Below are positions 1 to 10,955 of a stretch of DNA of 24,601 nucleotides, piece after piece. This stretch comes from Fonticula alba ATCC 38817 (taxonomy: Eukaryota; Protista; Nucleariida). The position numbers were made by a program, and so were the translations under genes. The stretch lies in assembly GCA_000388065.2 (NCBI GenBank), contig KB932215.1. The stretch is one strand, 5' to 3'. Below the pieces are notes generated by a model. The model had not been told where the DNA came from, made no database searches, and saw only the letters and a list, made by a program, of their open reading frames with translations. Every line of letters starts with the position of its first letter. Positions within the stretch are counted from its first letter, which is position 1.

Positions 1-1346
1 CCCCCCCCCCCCTCGCCGCCACATAGTGGCCGTTTCTCCGGGTGCACACGAGCGGCCAGGCAGCCGAGACTCAGGACGGGAGGGGGCGGGGGTGCACCAG
101 GGTGGAGATATGGTGTGCGCAGTGGCTGCAAAAGAATGGGGGCGAAAGGCGCACGCACGCGCGCACGCTCCTCCTCGCCCTCTCTCTCTCTCTCTTCCTC
201 CGTCCCACTCTTCACAGGTGTGCGCCCCTCTCTGCGCCAGTCTCCCTCCGCGTCCACCCATCCTCCGTTCCGCTCCTCTCCTTCTCGCGTCATGTGTTTG
301 CCGCCATGTGTGTGTGTGTGCCGACACGCCTTCCCCCTCCCCCTCTTCCCCCCCCCCCGCTTCTCCCTCCTGTCTCCTTCTCCCCTGCCGCTGCCTCCTG
401 CGCCCCGAGAGCCACAAGTGGTGATGCCTCGGCTTGCGCGCGCGCGCGCGCATCCATGCCCGCCCGCCTGCATCGGTCCCTCCTGGGGGCCAGGCTGCGC
501 TGGCACCGGCGGCGGCAGGCCCGCAGGGCAGCGAGGCGAGCATATCCGGCGGCTGGCATGCTGGACAGCCTCCCCTTTTCTCTTCTCCTCCACCCTCGCC
601 CAGGGCAACCGCGGGCCGGAGGCGCAGAAGCGGAGGCGAGGTTTTGGGGCCCGGAGCGACAAGCGAGAGCGCGCGACACCTGGGGAGGAACGGGGGCGGG
701 GGAGGTCCGCCTGAAGCCGCGCGCCGCCCCTGTGCACGCACACAGCGAGATGGCGGGGACGAGGGAGAGGCCCGAAGAGAGGGGCGGCTCGTTCCTCCTC
801 TCCCCTCTTTGTACTTGTTTCCTCCACTCTCCGGGGCACCGGGGTCTCCCCGCGCCCATTTTTCTCTCTCCCTCTCTCTTCCTCTCTCTCTTTCTCTCCC
901 CACCCCCTACCTCAAAAATACATTTCCTATACAGTATGTCGCCCTCTGGGGGCTTCCCGTGTGCCCATCATCTCGGCTCCCTTCGTCCAGCGCGCGCAAT
1001 GGCAGGGAGGGAGGGGGGGGGGGGAGGGCTACACCCACGCAAACACAAATGCAGGGGTGACGGATTTCGGTTTGTGTATTCTCTCTCGCGCAGCGAGCTG
1101 ACACCGGGCGCGCGCAGCAACACCCAGCCCTCGCTGCTGCTGAGGCAATAAAAGGGAACAAGGAAGACATGTGCGCATTTTGGGGGGAGAGGAAGTGGGG
1201 GCAGGAGGGCGGCCGGCTGGCCGGCATGCATGTACACCGGGCGGCGCCGGGCGGGACGCACGGAGGGAGGGACAGACAAGAGAAAGCCGGAGGGAGTCGA
1301 GAGCAAACTCCGTGTTTGTCCTCCACCTAGGGGGAGGGGCTCGGGG

Positions 1347-1496
1347 NNNNNNNNNNNNNNNNNNNNNNNNNNNNNNNNNNNNNNNNNNNNNNNNNNNNNN
1401 NNNNNNNNNNNNNNNNNNNNNNNNNNNNNNNNNNNNNNNNNNNNNNNNNNNNNNNNNNNNNNNNNNNNNNNNNNNNNNNNNNNNNNNNNNNNNNNN
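1347..1496. other. Assembly gap (150 N)
   Basis: N-run. Confidence 1.
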
Positions 1497-1518
1497 CACA
1501 CACACACACACACACACA
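1497..1518 (+). repeat. (CA)n microsatellite flanking gap 1347-1496
   Basis: Direct read of a cacaca run just downstream of the SQS stop codon. Confidence 0.9.
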
Positions 1519-1539
1519 TATGGACGTCACCCCTCGCCC

Positions 1540-2700
1540 TCACTGCGTGACACAGAAGAGAGCCAGGAACAGGGCGCCCAGGGCCAAGATGCGAACCAGA
1601 ACCGAGAACTGGCTGGCGGCCGAGCGCTCCCCCTTCAGGGCGGCCTCCACCATGGGGGCATGCTCCTTGAGCAGGGGGATGGCCTTCTGCAGGGCCTGCT
1701 TGGTGGCATGGACCGGGACGTCGGCCGAGGCGGGGATGATCTTGGCAGCCAGGATGGCCAGCTGCTGGGCGAAGATGCGCTCAACCGAGGCCATGTCCAC
1801 CGAGTCGATGATCATGCGCACGGCCAGGCCCTTGCGGATCTTGACATTCTGCTCGAACACCTGGCCATTGTCGTAGCACAGGGCCAGCGTGGCGATGGCC
1901 ATGACCTGGGGGATGGCACAGAACTGGAAGATGCTGCGGTTGGACAGGAGGCTCAGGTAGTGGAAGACATCCGGCACATGCTTGAGGGCGTCGGTGATCA
2001 GGTGGTTGAGGCACTGGCGGGCCGGGTTCCGGGCCTGGGTGGCGCGGAAGTCCCCGATGGACTCGGCGTACAGGGACCACACCTCGCGCGGCCAGAACAC
2101 CCGGTTGACGTCGACATCCTCGCGATAGTCGCGGATGATGTTGACCTTCTGCAGGAAGAGCCCCATGCTGTTGGAGAGCCGGGTGTCGCCATTGAGCTCC
2201 AGGGCCGTCTCCAGGCCGGACTGCACGAAGAGCTGGGTCAGGCCGATGCCCACCAGGCCGGCCACATAGTGGCAATACTCCTCCCACTCGGCCACGGAGT
2301 TGACGTCCTGCATGGACCGGTTGCAGAACTTGGCCATGCCGGCGCCCATGTCGCGCGTGATGTCCGAGATGACATTGCGGTAGTGCATTTCCAGGCTCCG
2401 GTAGAAGGCGATGACATTGTCGAAGCGGACCAACAGGTGGCGGTCCTTCTCGTCCGGGCCATTCTCGGTGAAGGTCCAGCCCTCCTTCTCGATGAGGTTG
2501 TAGAAGTCCCGCAGGAGGGGGATCTTCCGGTCCACCGACAGGGTGGGATCGTCCTCGATGGTGTCCAGGCCGCGCAGGACCAGGTAGAAGACGCACACCG
2601 CGTCGCGCAGGCTGCCCTCCAGCTGCTGGATGACCGAGGAGAAGGAGCGCGAGGTGAGCTCCAGCATGTCGTAGCAGATGTGCTCATGGGGGCGGAGGTC
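1540..2700 (-). CDS. FDFT1/ERG9: Squalene synthase (farnesyl-diphosphate farnesyltransferase), main 3' exon; N-terminal exon (about 35 aa by comparison with known SQS) not visible, probably in gap 2731-2961
   Basis: Translation has the SQS motifs CYDMLELTSRSFSSVIQQL, FYLVLRGLDTIEDD, YCHYVAGLVG, MGLFLQKVNIIRDYRED, FWPREVW, FCAIPQVMAIATL and VKIRKG, plus a C-terminal hydrophobic anchor (FSVLVRILALGALFLALFCVTQ*). Phase-0 acceptor ctccAG at 2702-2701 after a pyrimidine tract; TGA at 1542-1540. Confidence 0.97.
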   Translation of the reverse strand, partial: DLRPHEHICYDMLELTSRSFSSVIQQLEGSLRDAVCVFYLVLRGLDTIEDDPTLSVDRKIPLLRDFYNLIEKEGWTFTENGPDEKDRHLLVRFDNVIAFYRSLEMHYRNVISDITRDMGAGMAKFCNRSMQDVNSVAEWEEYCHYVAGLVGIGLTQLFVQSGLETALELNGDTRLSNSMGLFLQKVNIIRDYREDVDVNRVFWPREVWSLYAESIGDFRATQARNPARQCLNHLITDALKHVPDVFHYLSLLSNRSIFQFCAIPQVMAIATLALCYDNGQVFEQNVKIRKGLAVRMIIDSVDMASVERIFAQQLAILAAKIIPASADVPVHATKQALQKAIPLLKEHAPMVEAALKGERSAASQFSVLVRILALGALFLALFCVTQ

Positions 2701-2730
2701 CTGGAGTGGGGGTGGGGGGGACGAGGGCAG

Positions 2731-2961
2731 NNNNNNNNNNNNNNNNNNNNNNNNNNNNNNNNNNNNNNNNNNNNNNNNNNNNNNNNNNNNNNNNNNNNNN
2801 NNNNNNNNNNNNNNNNNNNNNNNNNNNNNNNNNNNNNNNNNNNNNNNNNNNNNNNNNNNNNNNNNNNNNNNNNNNNNNNNNNNNNNNNNNNNNNNNNNNN
2901 NNNNNNNNNNNNNNNNNNNNNNNNNNNNNNNNNNNNNNNNNNNNNNNNNNNNNNNNNNNNN
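2731..2961. other. Assembly gap (231 N), probably hiding the SQS first exon
   Basis: N-run immediately upstream of the SQS acceptor; I could not find an SQS N-terminus in the frames just beyond the gap. Confidence 0.95.
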
Positions 2962-5230
2962 CCCCCCCCCCGTCTCCCGCCTGGTCGCCAGCCGCCGGGC
3001 CGATTGCCTGGAGGAGCGCGGGGTCTCTCGGCCAGCGCGGGGACGCTCCCGGCGCACCGCGGGCCGCGGCGGTTGGGCTTCCACGGCGTCGGGGCCTCGC
3101 AACGGGCTCCGGGGTGCCCCCTTGAGAGTCCTGTCGGCCGGGCGTGCACGTGCGGTGCGGTGCGGGCGATCCGACTGCCTTTCGTCCCCCCCCCCCCCCC
3201 GGGCTGGGGCGGGGCCGGCGCGAGGCGGGGGGCCTTTCCTCGGCCGGCGCCGCGAGGCGGTCTGTGGGGTCCTTCTGGCGCGGCTGGTCGAGCCTGGGGC
3301 CACTTGCGGCGGGGGCTTTGGCGGGCGGGAGTACCCCCCCCCGCTGCGTGCCTTGTCGGGGGGGAGGGACGTGGGCCGGCGCGGCCGGGGCGCATGCGGC
3401 GCGAGGAGGGCCGCGCGCGCGCGCGCGCGCCCGCTCGTCCCCGAGATGCCGGCCGGCCGGCGCGGCCTCTTCTCGCGGGCCCCGGGCACAGGCCGGATCG
3501 TATGATCCCCGCCCCGCCCCGCCCCGCCCCGGGCCAGCGGCGGCCCGGTCGGCGAGACCCGGGGGCCGGGCAGCTGCCTGGGCCCACCTGTGTCAGAGGA
3601 TCCAGGATGGGGCCACAGAGCGGCCGGAGCACGCAGGCGGGCCGGCGTGCGCCGGCGTCGAGCCCACACACCCGGGGCGGTTATGTTGGTGGGGGCGCGC
3701 GCGCGCGCGCCCGGATGGGTCGGCACACGGGCGGCCGCGGTATTCTCCCTCCTCGGTCGCCGTCCCCCCGCCCCGAGGGGGGGCCGCCGCCCCGCGGCAG
3801 GCTCTGCCCCCGCCTTGGGCCCGCGGCTGGCGCGGGCGCGCGCACGAAGCAGGGTTCCCCCCGGGCCGCGCGCGGGACGCGCCAGCTCACGGGGTCCCTC
3901 CGCATGAGCATCGCAGAACGGGCCCTCCGTTCTGCAGCAGCAGACCGCCTCGTGGCGTGTGCGATGCGTACCCCCACCCCACACCCCCGGGGCGGGCGGG
4001 CGCGGGCGGGGTGGGGGCAGGTCCAGGAATGGCGCCATGTTCCCCGGGCCGGCTCGTGTGCCCTCGCCGCGCCGCTTGCCGCCCTGTCTCTGCGGCCCCC
4101 CGCACCGTGTGGCCTGCGAGCCGGCGGGCTTCCCGAGAACCGGGCCGTGAAAAGGCCGGCACCTGCCCGGTCGCCGAGCGGGGGGGGGGTGGCCTCTTCG
4201 GCGCCCCCGGTGCATGGGGAGTGGGCGTGCGTGCGCCCCCTGGGTGGGGGGGAGCGAGGCAGGACGGTCGAGCTGGCCGGATGGCCGCGGGCTGACCGAT
4301 CGCGGCCCCGGGGCGCGCGCAGGGGCCGATAAAGCCGGCGGCCGGGGCCCACAAGCCGCAGGGGCCGAGCACTGAAGGGGGGGGCGGGGGGGACGGGGAC
4401 GGGGGCGGGGCGCAGGGGCGAGGGGGCGGGGCAGATACGTTGGAGTTCCTCCGGGCGCCGGCGCGGCCACAAAATGGCCCGGGCCCGCCGGGCGCGTGCG
4501 TCTCCCCACGGAACCCCCGCCGGCGTCCGGAGTCCGTGCGGTGCTCCCCACGAGTGTGCAGCCAGCCGCCGGCGGCCAATACTCATCGCTGACGAATTGC
4601 AACGGATCGCGGGCGCGTCCCCGGCGGCCGCACGCGCCGCGACCCCGGCCGGCCCGCATGGCAGAGGGGAGGGAGAGAGAAAGAGAGGAGGGGGCCCGTG
4701 CGTCCCGGTGGGCCGCCGGCGCCCGGCGCGGAGGTCGCGGCCGATGGCGGCCCATTCCGGAAGGGGGGGCACATTTTCAGCTGCTCCCGCGGCGGCCCCG
4801 TTTTCCGCGGCTCCCCCGCCCTGTGCGCCGCGCTGCATCCGGCCCACGCCGGGGGCGGGCGGGGGGCGGGGGGGGGGCGCTGGCAGGGTGGGCCCCGAAA
4901 ATGAACTGATGTTCCCCCGGGGGATGCCGGGGGCGCCGGCGCCGGCCCCATCTGCCGCCGTGAAAGGGCCGGCCGGATCCCCCCGGCGATCTCGGCGGGC
5001 CCGGCCTGGAGCGGGATCCCCGTGTATACCGGCCGGGGGCGCCGACGCGCCCGCGCGCGGGGGCCGGGGGGGGGGGACACGCTGGGGGCCGCCGCACAGC
5101 ATTCCGCGGCCGGCTGGCCAGCGGGCGGGCGGGGGGGCCGCGCGCAGGGACATGCACATGGGCTTGTGGGTATACGCGCGCACACGCGGAGGGGGGGGGG
5201 GGGGGGGGGGGGGGGAGGGGATCGGGCCGG

Positions 5231-5240
5231 NNNNNNNNNN
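5231..5240. other. 10-N placeholder gap with duplicated flanks (likely overlapping contigs)
   Basis: ggggatcgggccgg occurs at both 5217-5230 and 5241-5254. Confidence 0.9.
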
Positions 5241-6044
5241 GGGGATCGGGCCGGCCAGCCGACTGGCCCAGCCAGCCGGCCGTCGGTCTGACATGCTGGC
5301 GACCAAGCCAAGGACCTCGCAAGCAAGTGTGGGTACCACGCCACGGGCACCGGGTGCCGGTGTTCGTCCGCCGCAAGTAAGACCAAGTTCACTCTGGGGT
5401 TGATCCTAGGGTCCCCAACCCTCTCCTGGTGTCCTCCTCACGGGATGACATCCGGATGGGGCGCGCCCCGGGCGTCTTTCCCCCGCGCGGCCGCACGGGT
5501 TCCGCGGGAAGGAGCGCAACTCTCCCCCGACACTGCTGGGGTAGACACAAAGAGCCGGGGCATGCTCATCCCCCTGACCCCCCCCCCCCCCCCCCCCCCC
5601 CCCCCCGCCCGCCCCGCAGTGCCGCTTCAGATGGCTGCTGGCGGCGGCGGCCAACACCCTGCGAACGGACCGTTGTGCGGGTGTTTGCGGTTTCACTGCC
5701 CGGCCAGCCGGCGGTAACCCGGTCCGCGCGCGGGTGCGGCTGCTGGCCCCCCCCCTCGCCCGGACTCGGACCTGGCGCGGTCGCGGCCCCTCGCCCCCTC
5801 CCAGAGGGGCAGGCATTTCGGCCGGCAGCCTGGCCGCCCGCCATCCCAGGCGCCGGTCCCCCTCGTGAAGCGTGTTCGAGTCGTACTTTTCCCGCACCTC
5901 CCGCTCCCCTCTCCGGTACCTTGCTCCCTCCCCCCCCCCTTGCTGATCCTCCTCGCCTCTCGGGCTCCCCCCGTCTCACCCGCTCCTCTCCCTCCCACGC
6001 CCCCCCTCCCCCCCACCTGCCCCCGGCTCCACCGCTCCAGAGAT

Positions 6045-8034
6045 ATGTCCATCGTCTCCCAGCTCGTTTCGAGCCTGCCCGTGGTCGGGTCTGGCACTGC
6101 CTCGCCGGTGGCCCTGGCCGTGACCGCCAGCTCCGTCCTGCTGGCCCTCTACTACCTGCTGTTCCACTACAAGACCTCGCACAATGGCCACCGCCTGCCG
6201 CCCGAGATCCCGTACACCATCCCCTGGGTGGGCCCGATGGTCTCGTTCGGTGTGCACCCGATCAACTTCCTGCTGGAGAACCGCAAGAAGGTGCGCCCCC
6301 CCCCCCCCCGGCTCTCTCTCTCTCTCTCTCCCCCTCCCTCTCTCTCNNNNNNNNNNNNNNNNNNNNNNNNNNNNNNNNNNNNNNNNNNNNNNNNNNNNNN
6401 NNNNNNNNNNNNNNNNNNNNNNNNNNNNNNNNNNNNNNNNNNNNNNNNNNNNNNNNNNNNNNNNNNNNNNNNNNNNNNNNNNNNNNNNNNNNNNNNNNNN
6501 NNNNNNNNNNNNNNNNNNNNNNNNNNNNNNNNNNNNNNNNNNNNNNNNNNNNNNNNNNNNNNNNNNNNNNNNNNNNNNNNNNNNNNNNNNNNNNNNNNNN
6601 NNNNNNNNNNNNNNNNNNNNNNNNNNNNNNNNNNNNNNNNNNNNNNNNNNNNNNNNNNNNNNNNNNNNNNNNNNNNNNNNNNNNNNNNNNNNNNNNNNNN
6701 NNNNNNNNNNNNNNNNNNNNNNNNNNNNNNNNNNNNNNNNNNNNNNNNNNNNNNNNNNNNNNNNNNNNNNNNNNNNNNNNNNNNNNNNNNNNNNNNNNNN
6801 NNNNNNNNNNNNNNNNNNNNNNNNNNNNNNNNNNNNNNNNNNNNNNNNNNNNNNNNNNNNNNNNNNNNNNNNNNNNNNNNNNNNNNNNNNNNNNNNNNNN
6901 NNNNNNNNNNNNNNCCCGCCCGCCCGCCCATCCATCTCCAGCATGGTCAAGGGTGGCCTCACCACCGCCGCCTTCCGCAGCTACGTGTCCGACATCCAGG
7001 AGGAGGTCCACCAGTACTTCGCCCGTTGGGGCAACGAGGGCGAGGCCGACCTGTACTCCGCCATGTGCGAGCTGGTCATCAACACCGCTTCGCGCACCCT
7101 CCTCGGCCAGGATGTCCGCTCGCAGCTGAACGACGAGGTGGCCCGCCTGTACCACGACCTGGATCTGGGCTTCACCCCGATCAACTTCCTCTTCCCGAAC
7201 CTGCCCCTGCCGCGGAACATCGTGCGCGACCGGGCCAACCTCCAGCTGCGCGAGCTCTTCGTGTCGGTGCTGCGCAAGCGCGCCGCTCGCCTGGAGAAGC
7301 TCAAGGCCGAGGGCAAGGAGGACTCCGAGGTCCACCATGACATGCTGAACTCCCTGATGAACGCCACCTACAAGGATGGCCGGTCCCTGAGCGAGGTCGA
7401 GGTGGCCGGGCTGATGATCGCCCTGCTGATGGCTGGCCAGCACACTTCCTCCACTTCGGCCACCTGGTTCGGCCTGTATCTGCTGCGCGACAAGGAGTAC
7501 CTGGCCAAGGTCATGGCCGAGCAGGAGAGCATCTTCGGCGATGGCAAGGGCGGCTACGTGCCCCTTGACTTCGAGGGGATCAGCAACTGCGACCGTCTGG
7601 AGTACGTGCTGAAGGAGGTCCTGCGCCTGTGCCCGCCCATCTTCCAGATCATGCGCACGGTCACCGAGGATGTCTACTTCAATGACATGGTCATCCCGGC
7701 CGGCTCGTATGTGGCCGTCTCGCCGTCGGTCTCCTCGCTCGATGGCAAGGCCTTCCCCAACCCGAACACCTTCGACCCGGATCGTTTCTCGCCCGAGCGC
7801 GCTGAGGACTCCACCGAGAAGAACAAGGGCCTGTATGTGCCCTTCGGCCATGGGCGCCACCGCTGCATCGGCGAGCCCTTCGCCTACCTGCAGATCAAGA
7901 CCATCTGGGCGGCCATCCTGCAGACCTTCGAGCTGGAGCCTGTTGGCCCGATGAACCAGCCCAACTTCAACTCCATGATTGTCCTGCCGGAGACCCCGTG
8001 CATGGTCCGCTACAAGCGCCGCGTTCCCCTGTAA
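6045..8034 (+). CDS. CYP51: Sterol 14-alpha-demethylase (cytochrome P450 CYP51); exons 6045-6290, at least one exon in gap 6347-6914, and 6942-8034
   Basis: N-terminal anchor (VALAVTASSVLLALYYLLF) and Pro-rich hinge (PPEIPYTIPWVG); donor GTGCGC at 6291 after NRKK; acceptor ctccAG at 6940-6941. The last exon has the I-helix ALLMAGQHTSSTS, KEVLR (ExxR), DPDRF and heme motif FGHGRHRCIGE; TAA at 8032-8034. Confidence 0.97.
6312..6346 (+). repeat. (CT)n microsatellite in CYP51 intron 1, flanking a gap
   Basis: ctctctct run directly before the N-run starting at 6347. Confidence 0.9.
6347..6914. other. Assembly gap (568 N) hiding CYP51 internal exon(s), including the B'-helix region
   Basis: The CYP51 segment between NRKK and MVKGGL is absent from the visible sequence. 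Confidence 0.95.
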
Positions 8035-9109
8035 GGGCTCCCTCCCTCTCCCCCTCCGTCCTCTGTCCTCCCCCCCGCGCCCACCAAACACCACAATAAT
8101 ACTGGCGTGGACCCCCCCCCCCCCCCCTCCAAAGGCCGGCGGGGCGGGAGAGCGCCGGACACGAGGGAGGGATGTGACATCTCTCCCTTCTGCCCGGTGT
8201 GCCTCTCTCCCGCCTCTTCTTGCGCACATTCTGCCTCTCTCTCTCTCTCTCTCTCGCTCGCTTGTGTGCGCGCATGCACGGCCCTCCCCGCTGTCCTTCG
8301 TGCAAGGCGACATGCGCGCGCCCCCGTGTACATGTGTGTACCTGTGGGAGGCGCTCTCCTTCCCCCCCCTCCCCCCACATGCGCTTCTCTCAGTTTGCGG
8401 CAGCACGCACGTGCGTGCATGGGTGAGGCAGCAAGAGGCCGAGAGACAGGGGAAGGCAGGGGGGCATGCACGGGTGTGGGGCCGAGGCGGAGGAGGACCA
8501 AGAGGCGCTGCTCTCGCGCATGCGCGTGTCTTCCCCCCTCCCTTCCCTCCCGCCACCTCTCTCTGTCTCTCCTGCTCTCCCCCTCCCCAAATATATCATC
8601 AGGTAGTTATGTGTCTTTTCTCTCTCTCTCTCTCTCTCTCCCCCTCCCTCTCTCTCGAATCGTGTTTTGCTCTGTCCTTCGGGTCGTCCTCGAGTGTGGA
8701 TGTCTCTCTCCCCCCTGAGCCGGACACGGCAGTTGCGCAGCCAAAAAAATGTAGGTGTGTATTATGTCTTTCTCTCCACACCTTTCCGTCCCTCGCCTCT
8801 CTGCCGGTTGGCTGATGGGAGGGAGGAAGGGCGCGAGCAACAGGGGCAGGACCACATACGGCTGTGCACATGGGCGCGCGCGCGCACGGCATCTGCCTGG
8901 GACCTTTTCTCGTCGGTGCAAATGCCATGCCCCGCAGGATGGCAGGCCAGGGACGATCGGAGGCGCGGCCGCCCTGGCACACTGCGTGGGCCTCTCTCTC
9001 GCGCCTGGCCCTCACCACGCCGACCGCAGCGCGCGCGCGCGCGCGCGCGTGTGAGCGTCGTTCCTGGGACTCCGACTTCTTGCCAGGGGGGGGGGGGGGC
9101 ATGCCCCCC

Positions 9110-10906
9110 TCACATCACCTTGGCCAGGTAGAGTGCAAAGCACACGGTGGCCAGGGGCAGCGTGACAACCGTCGATCCGTACGACGCGAGGACCATGCGC
9201 ACGTAGCCGATCTCCTCGGCCGAGGTAAGCACCGAGGTGACCTCCTCCTTGTCCAGGGCGGCGGCAGCGGCTTCCTCCTCGGCCGCCACGGAGGGGCTGT
9301 CGTCGACCCCGGCAGCGGCCTCGGCGGCCACCAGGGCAGCCGCTCGGCGGTGGAGTGCCGCAGGCGCGTTCGGGGCGGTGGTCGTGGGAGCGGCGGCGGC
9401 GGCGGCGGCGGCGGTGGGGGCGGCGGCGGGGGCGACCGCAGGGCCGCCCGTGGCGGCGGGGGCACCGGCCGCACCGGCGGTAGTGCTCCCCGGCGCCCGG
9501 GTGACGGTCGGCGCGCCGAACTGAATGACGCTGATGATGCTGGTGGCCATGGGAACCGCGGCCTGCAGCAGCAGGACCAAGCAGAGGGCCGGGTCCTCCA
9601 GCGGGATGATCCCACGCAGGGGGTCCTCCCCGGCCAGGGGATCGTGTGCGATGTCGCAGCCGCCCCCGCCGGTGGGATCCTCCTGCCACCACTGGGGCGC
9701 AATGCCGGCGAAGGGCCCATCCCCGGCCGACAGGGCGTCCTGGTGGGGATGGTGGTGGTTCACCCACCGGTGCATGGTCAGGAGCATGGCCAGCCAGAGC
9801 GACGCCACGATGGGCATGATGAACTGGTTCATGAAGACCACCAGGGAAATGTTGCCCCAGGTGAGGACATTCCGGTGGCCGCCGTTGGCCGGCAGAAGGG
9901 GCGGGGCCCGGGGCGGCCCGGCGCGCGCGGGCTTGTTCCCACGGCCGATCATGGTCCCCAACGCCAGCAGGCTGATGGGAATGGCGCAGTCGGCCACCGA
10001 GTCCACGGCCTCGGTGATCCACGGCCCGAGTGGCGGGTTGGCACCGAAGAACATGCGCCGCAGCGGGGTGATCAGGCCGATGATGATGGCCGCAATGCCG
10101 GCCAGCGTGGGCGGCGAAAGGACTGGCCCATGGTCGTGGCGCCGACCGGCCGGCCGCCCGCAGGGGAGGGAGACGAGGGGGAGGGGCGCGCGTGGCGATG
10201 GCGACGGCGAAGGTCAGAACAGCGATGGCAGATTGCGTGTGGCGGCGGCGGCGGCGGCGGCGGCGGCGACCCGCATGCATGCGCGCCGTAACACCGACTG
10301 GGCCTCCTCTGGCCCTGGCGCCCCGCTGCCTCGCTTGCTCCGCCGCCTTTGGCCGCCGGCAGGGGCGCCGAGGATGGCAGCCAGGCGCGAGAACATGGGC
10401 ACGTACGACCGCGAAGGGTTTTCCACTTGTCAACCTGCATGCCGCAGGGGGTGCCACCGTCATGCGGCGCGCCGGCCGAGTGGACCGAGGCCCTGTCGAT
10501 GGAGCGCGGCGAGGCCGGGAAGCTGGGCTGCGAGCCCACCGGCGAATGCTCTGGCGTCCAGTACGGGTAGACCCCAGTGCGGATGGGCGAGTCAGCGCCC
10601 TCTGTCATTGTGTGTATGCGTATGTATGTATGTATGTGTGTGTGTGTGTGTGTGTNNNNNNNNNNNNNNNNNNNNNNNNNNNNNNNNNNNNNNNNNNNNN
10701 NNNNNNNNNNNNNNNNNNNNNNNNNNNNNNNNNNNNNNNNNNNNNNNNNNNNNNNNNNNNNNNNNNNNNNNNNNNNNNNNNNNNNNNNNNNNNNNNNNNN
10801 NNNNNNNNNNNNNNNNNNNNNNNNNNNNNNNNNNNNNNNNNNNNNNNNNNNNNNNNNNNNNNNNCCGGCCCGCACGGCCCGCGGCGCCGATCGCGGGCAG
10901 GCACCG

Positions 10907-10955
<49 letters not shown>

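Larger units (their letters stand above)
2701..6044. promoter_or_regulatory. Divergent (head-to-head) intergenic region between squalene synthase and CYP51, candidate bidirectional promoter
   Basis: The genes point away from each other and no recognisable protein is encoded between them. Contains a CACGTG at 3147-3152, a CCAAT at 4576-4580 and a few less GC-skewed islands (about 3890-3970, 4540-4610, 5280-5460). No perfect ATCACCCCAC SRE was seen by eye. Confidence 0.45.

Noticed and set aside
3913-3935. 9-bp perfect hairpin GCAGAACGG-gccct-CCGTTCTGC
   Set aside because: A single short stem is expected occasionally in GC-rich DNA; there is no U-tract and no larger structure or RNA-family signature.
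3903-3945. VCCCRTEGPFCDAH on the minus strand, resembling a CDGSH iron-sulfur motif in frame with SQS
   Set aside because: The spacing does not fit C-x-C-x2-S/T-x3-P-x-C-D-G-S/A/T-H (two positions short and no Gly), and the context is low-complexity Arg/Pro/Gly sequence.
1171-4755. Giant ORFs 1171..4332 (+, 1053 aa) and 1540..4755 (-, 1071 aa)
   Set aside because: They read through N-gaps and stop-poor GC-rich DNA. Only 1540-2700 of the minus ORF is real SQS; the plus ORF is its antisense shadow.
5217-5254. 14-bp direct repeat flanking Ns as a target-site duplication of an insertion
   Set aside because: It flanks a 10-N placeholder gap next to a poly-G run, which is the typical signature of unmerged overlapping contigs.
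5280-5425. Compositionally distinct island suspected of being a snRNA, SRP or other ncRNA
   Set aside because: No U1/U2/U5/U6, Sm-site, SRP or tRNA motifs recognised and only 5-6-bp stems; a covariance-model search would be needed.
2962-6044. Canonical sterol regulatory element (ATCACCCCAC or TCGTATA)
   Set aside because: No exact match seen by eye; only near-matches (e.g. TCGTATG near 3498) that are uninformative.
1540-8034. Bacterial origin (HGT or contamination) of the clustered sterol genes
   Set aside because: Both genes have spliceosomal introns and eukaryotic membrane anchors, and share intron style with the neighbouring genes.
10592-10875. HTHTH, CVCVCV, poly-Pro and poly-Gly peptide stretches in many ORFs
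   Set aside because: These are translations of (CA)n/(TG)n microsatellites and C/G homopolymers in introns, not His-rich or Cys-rich proteins.
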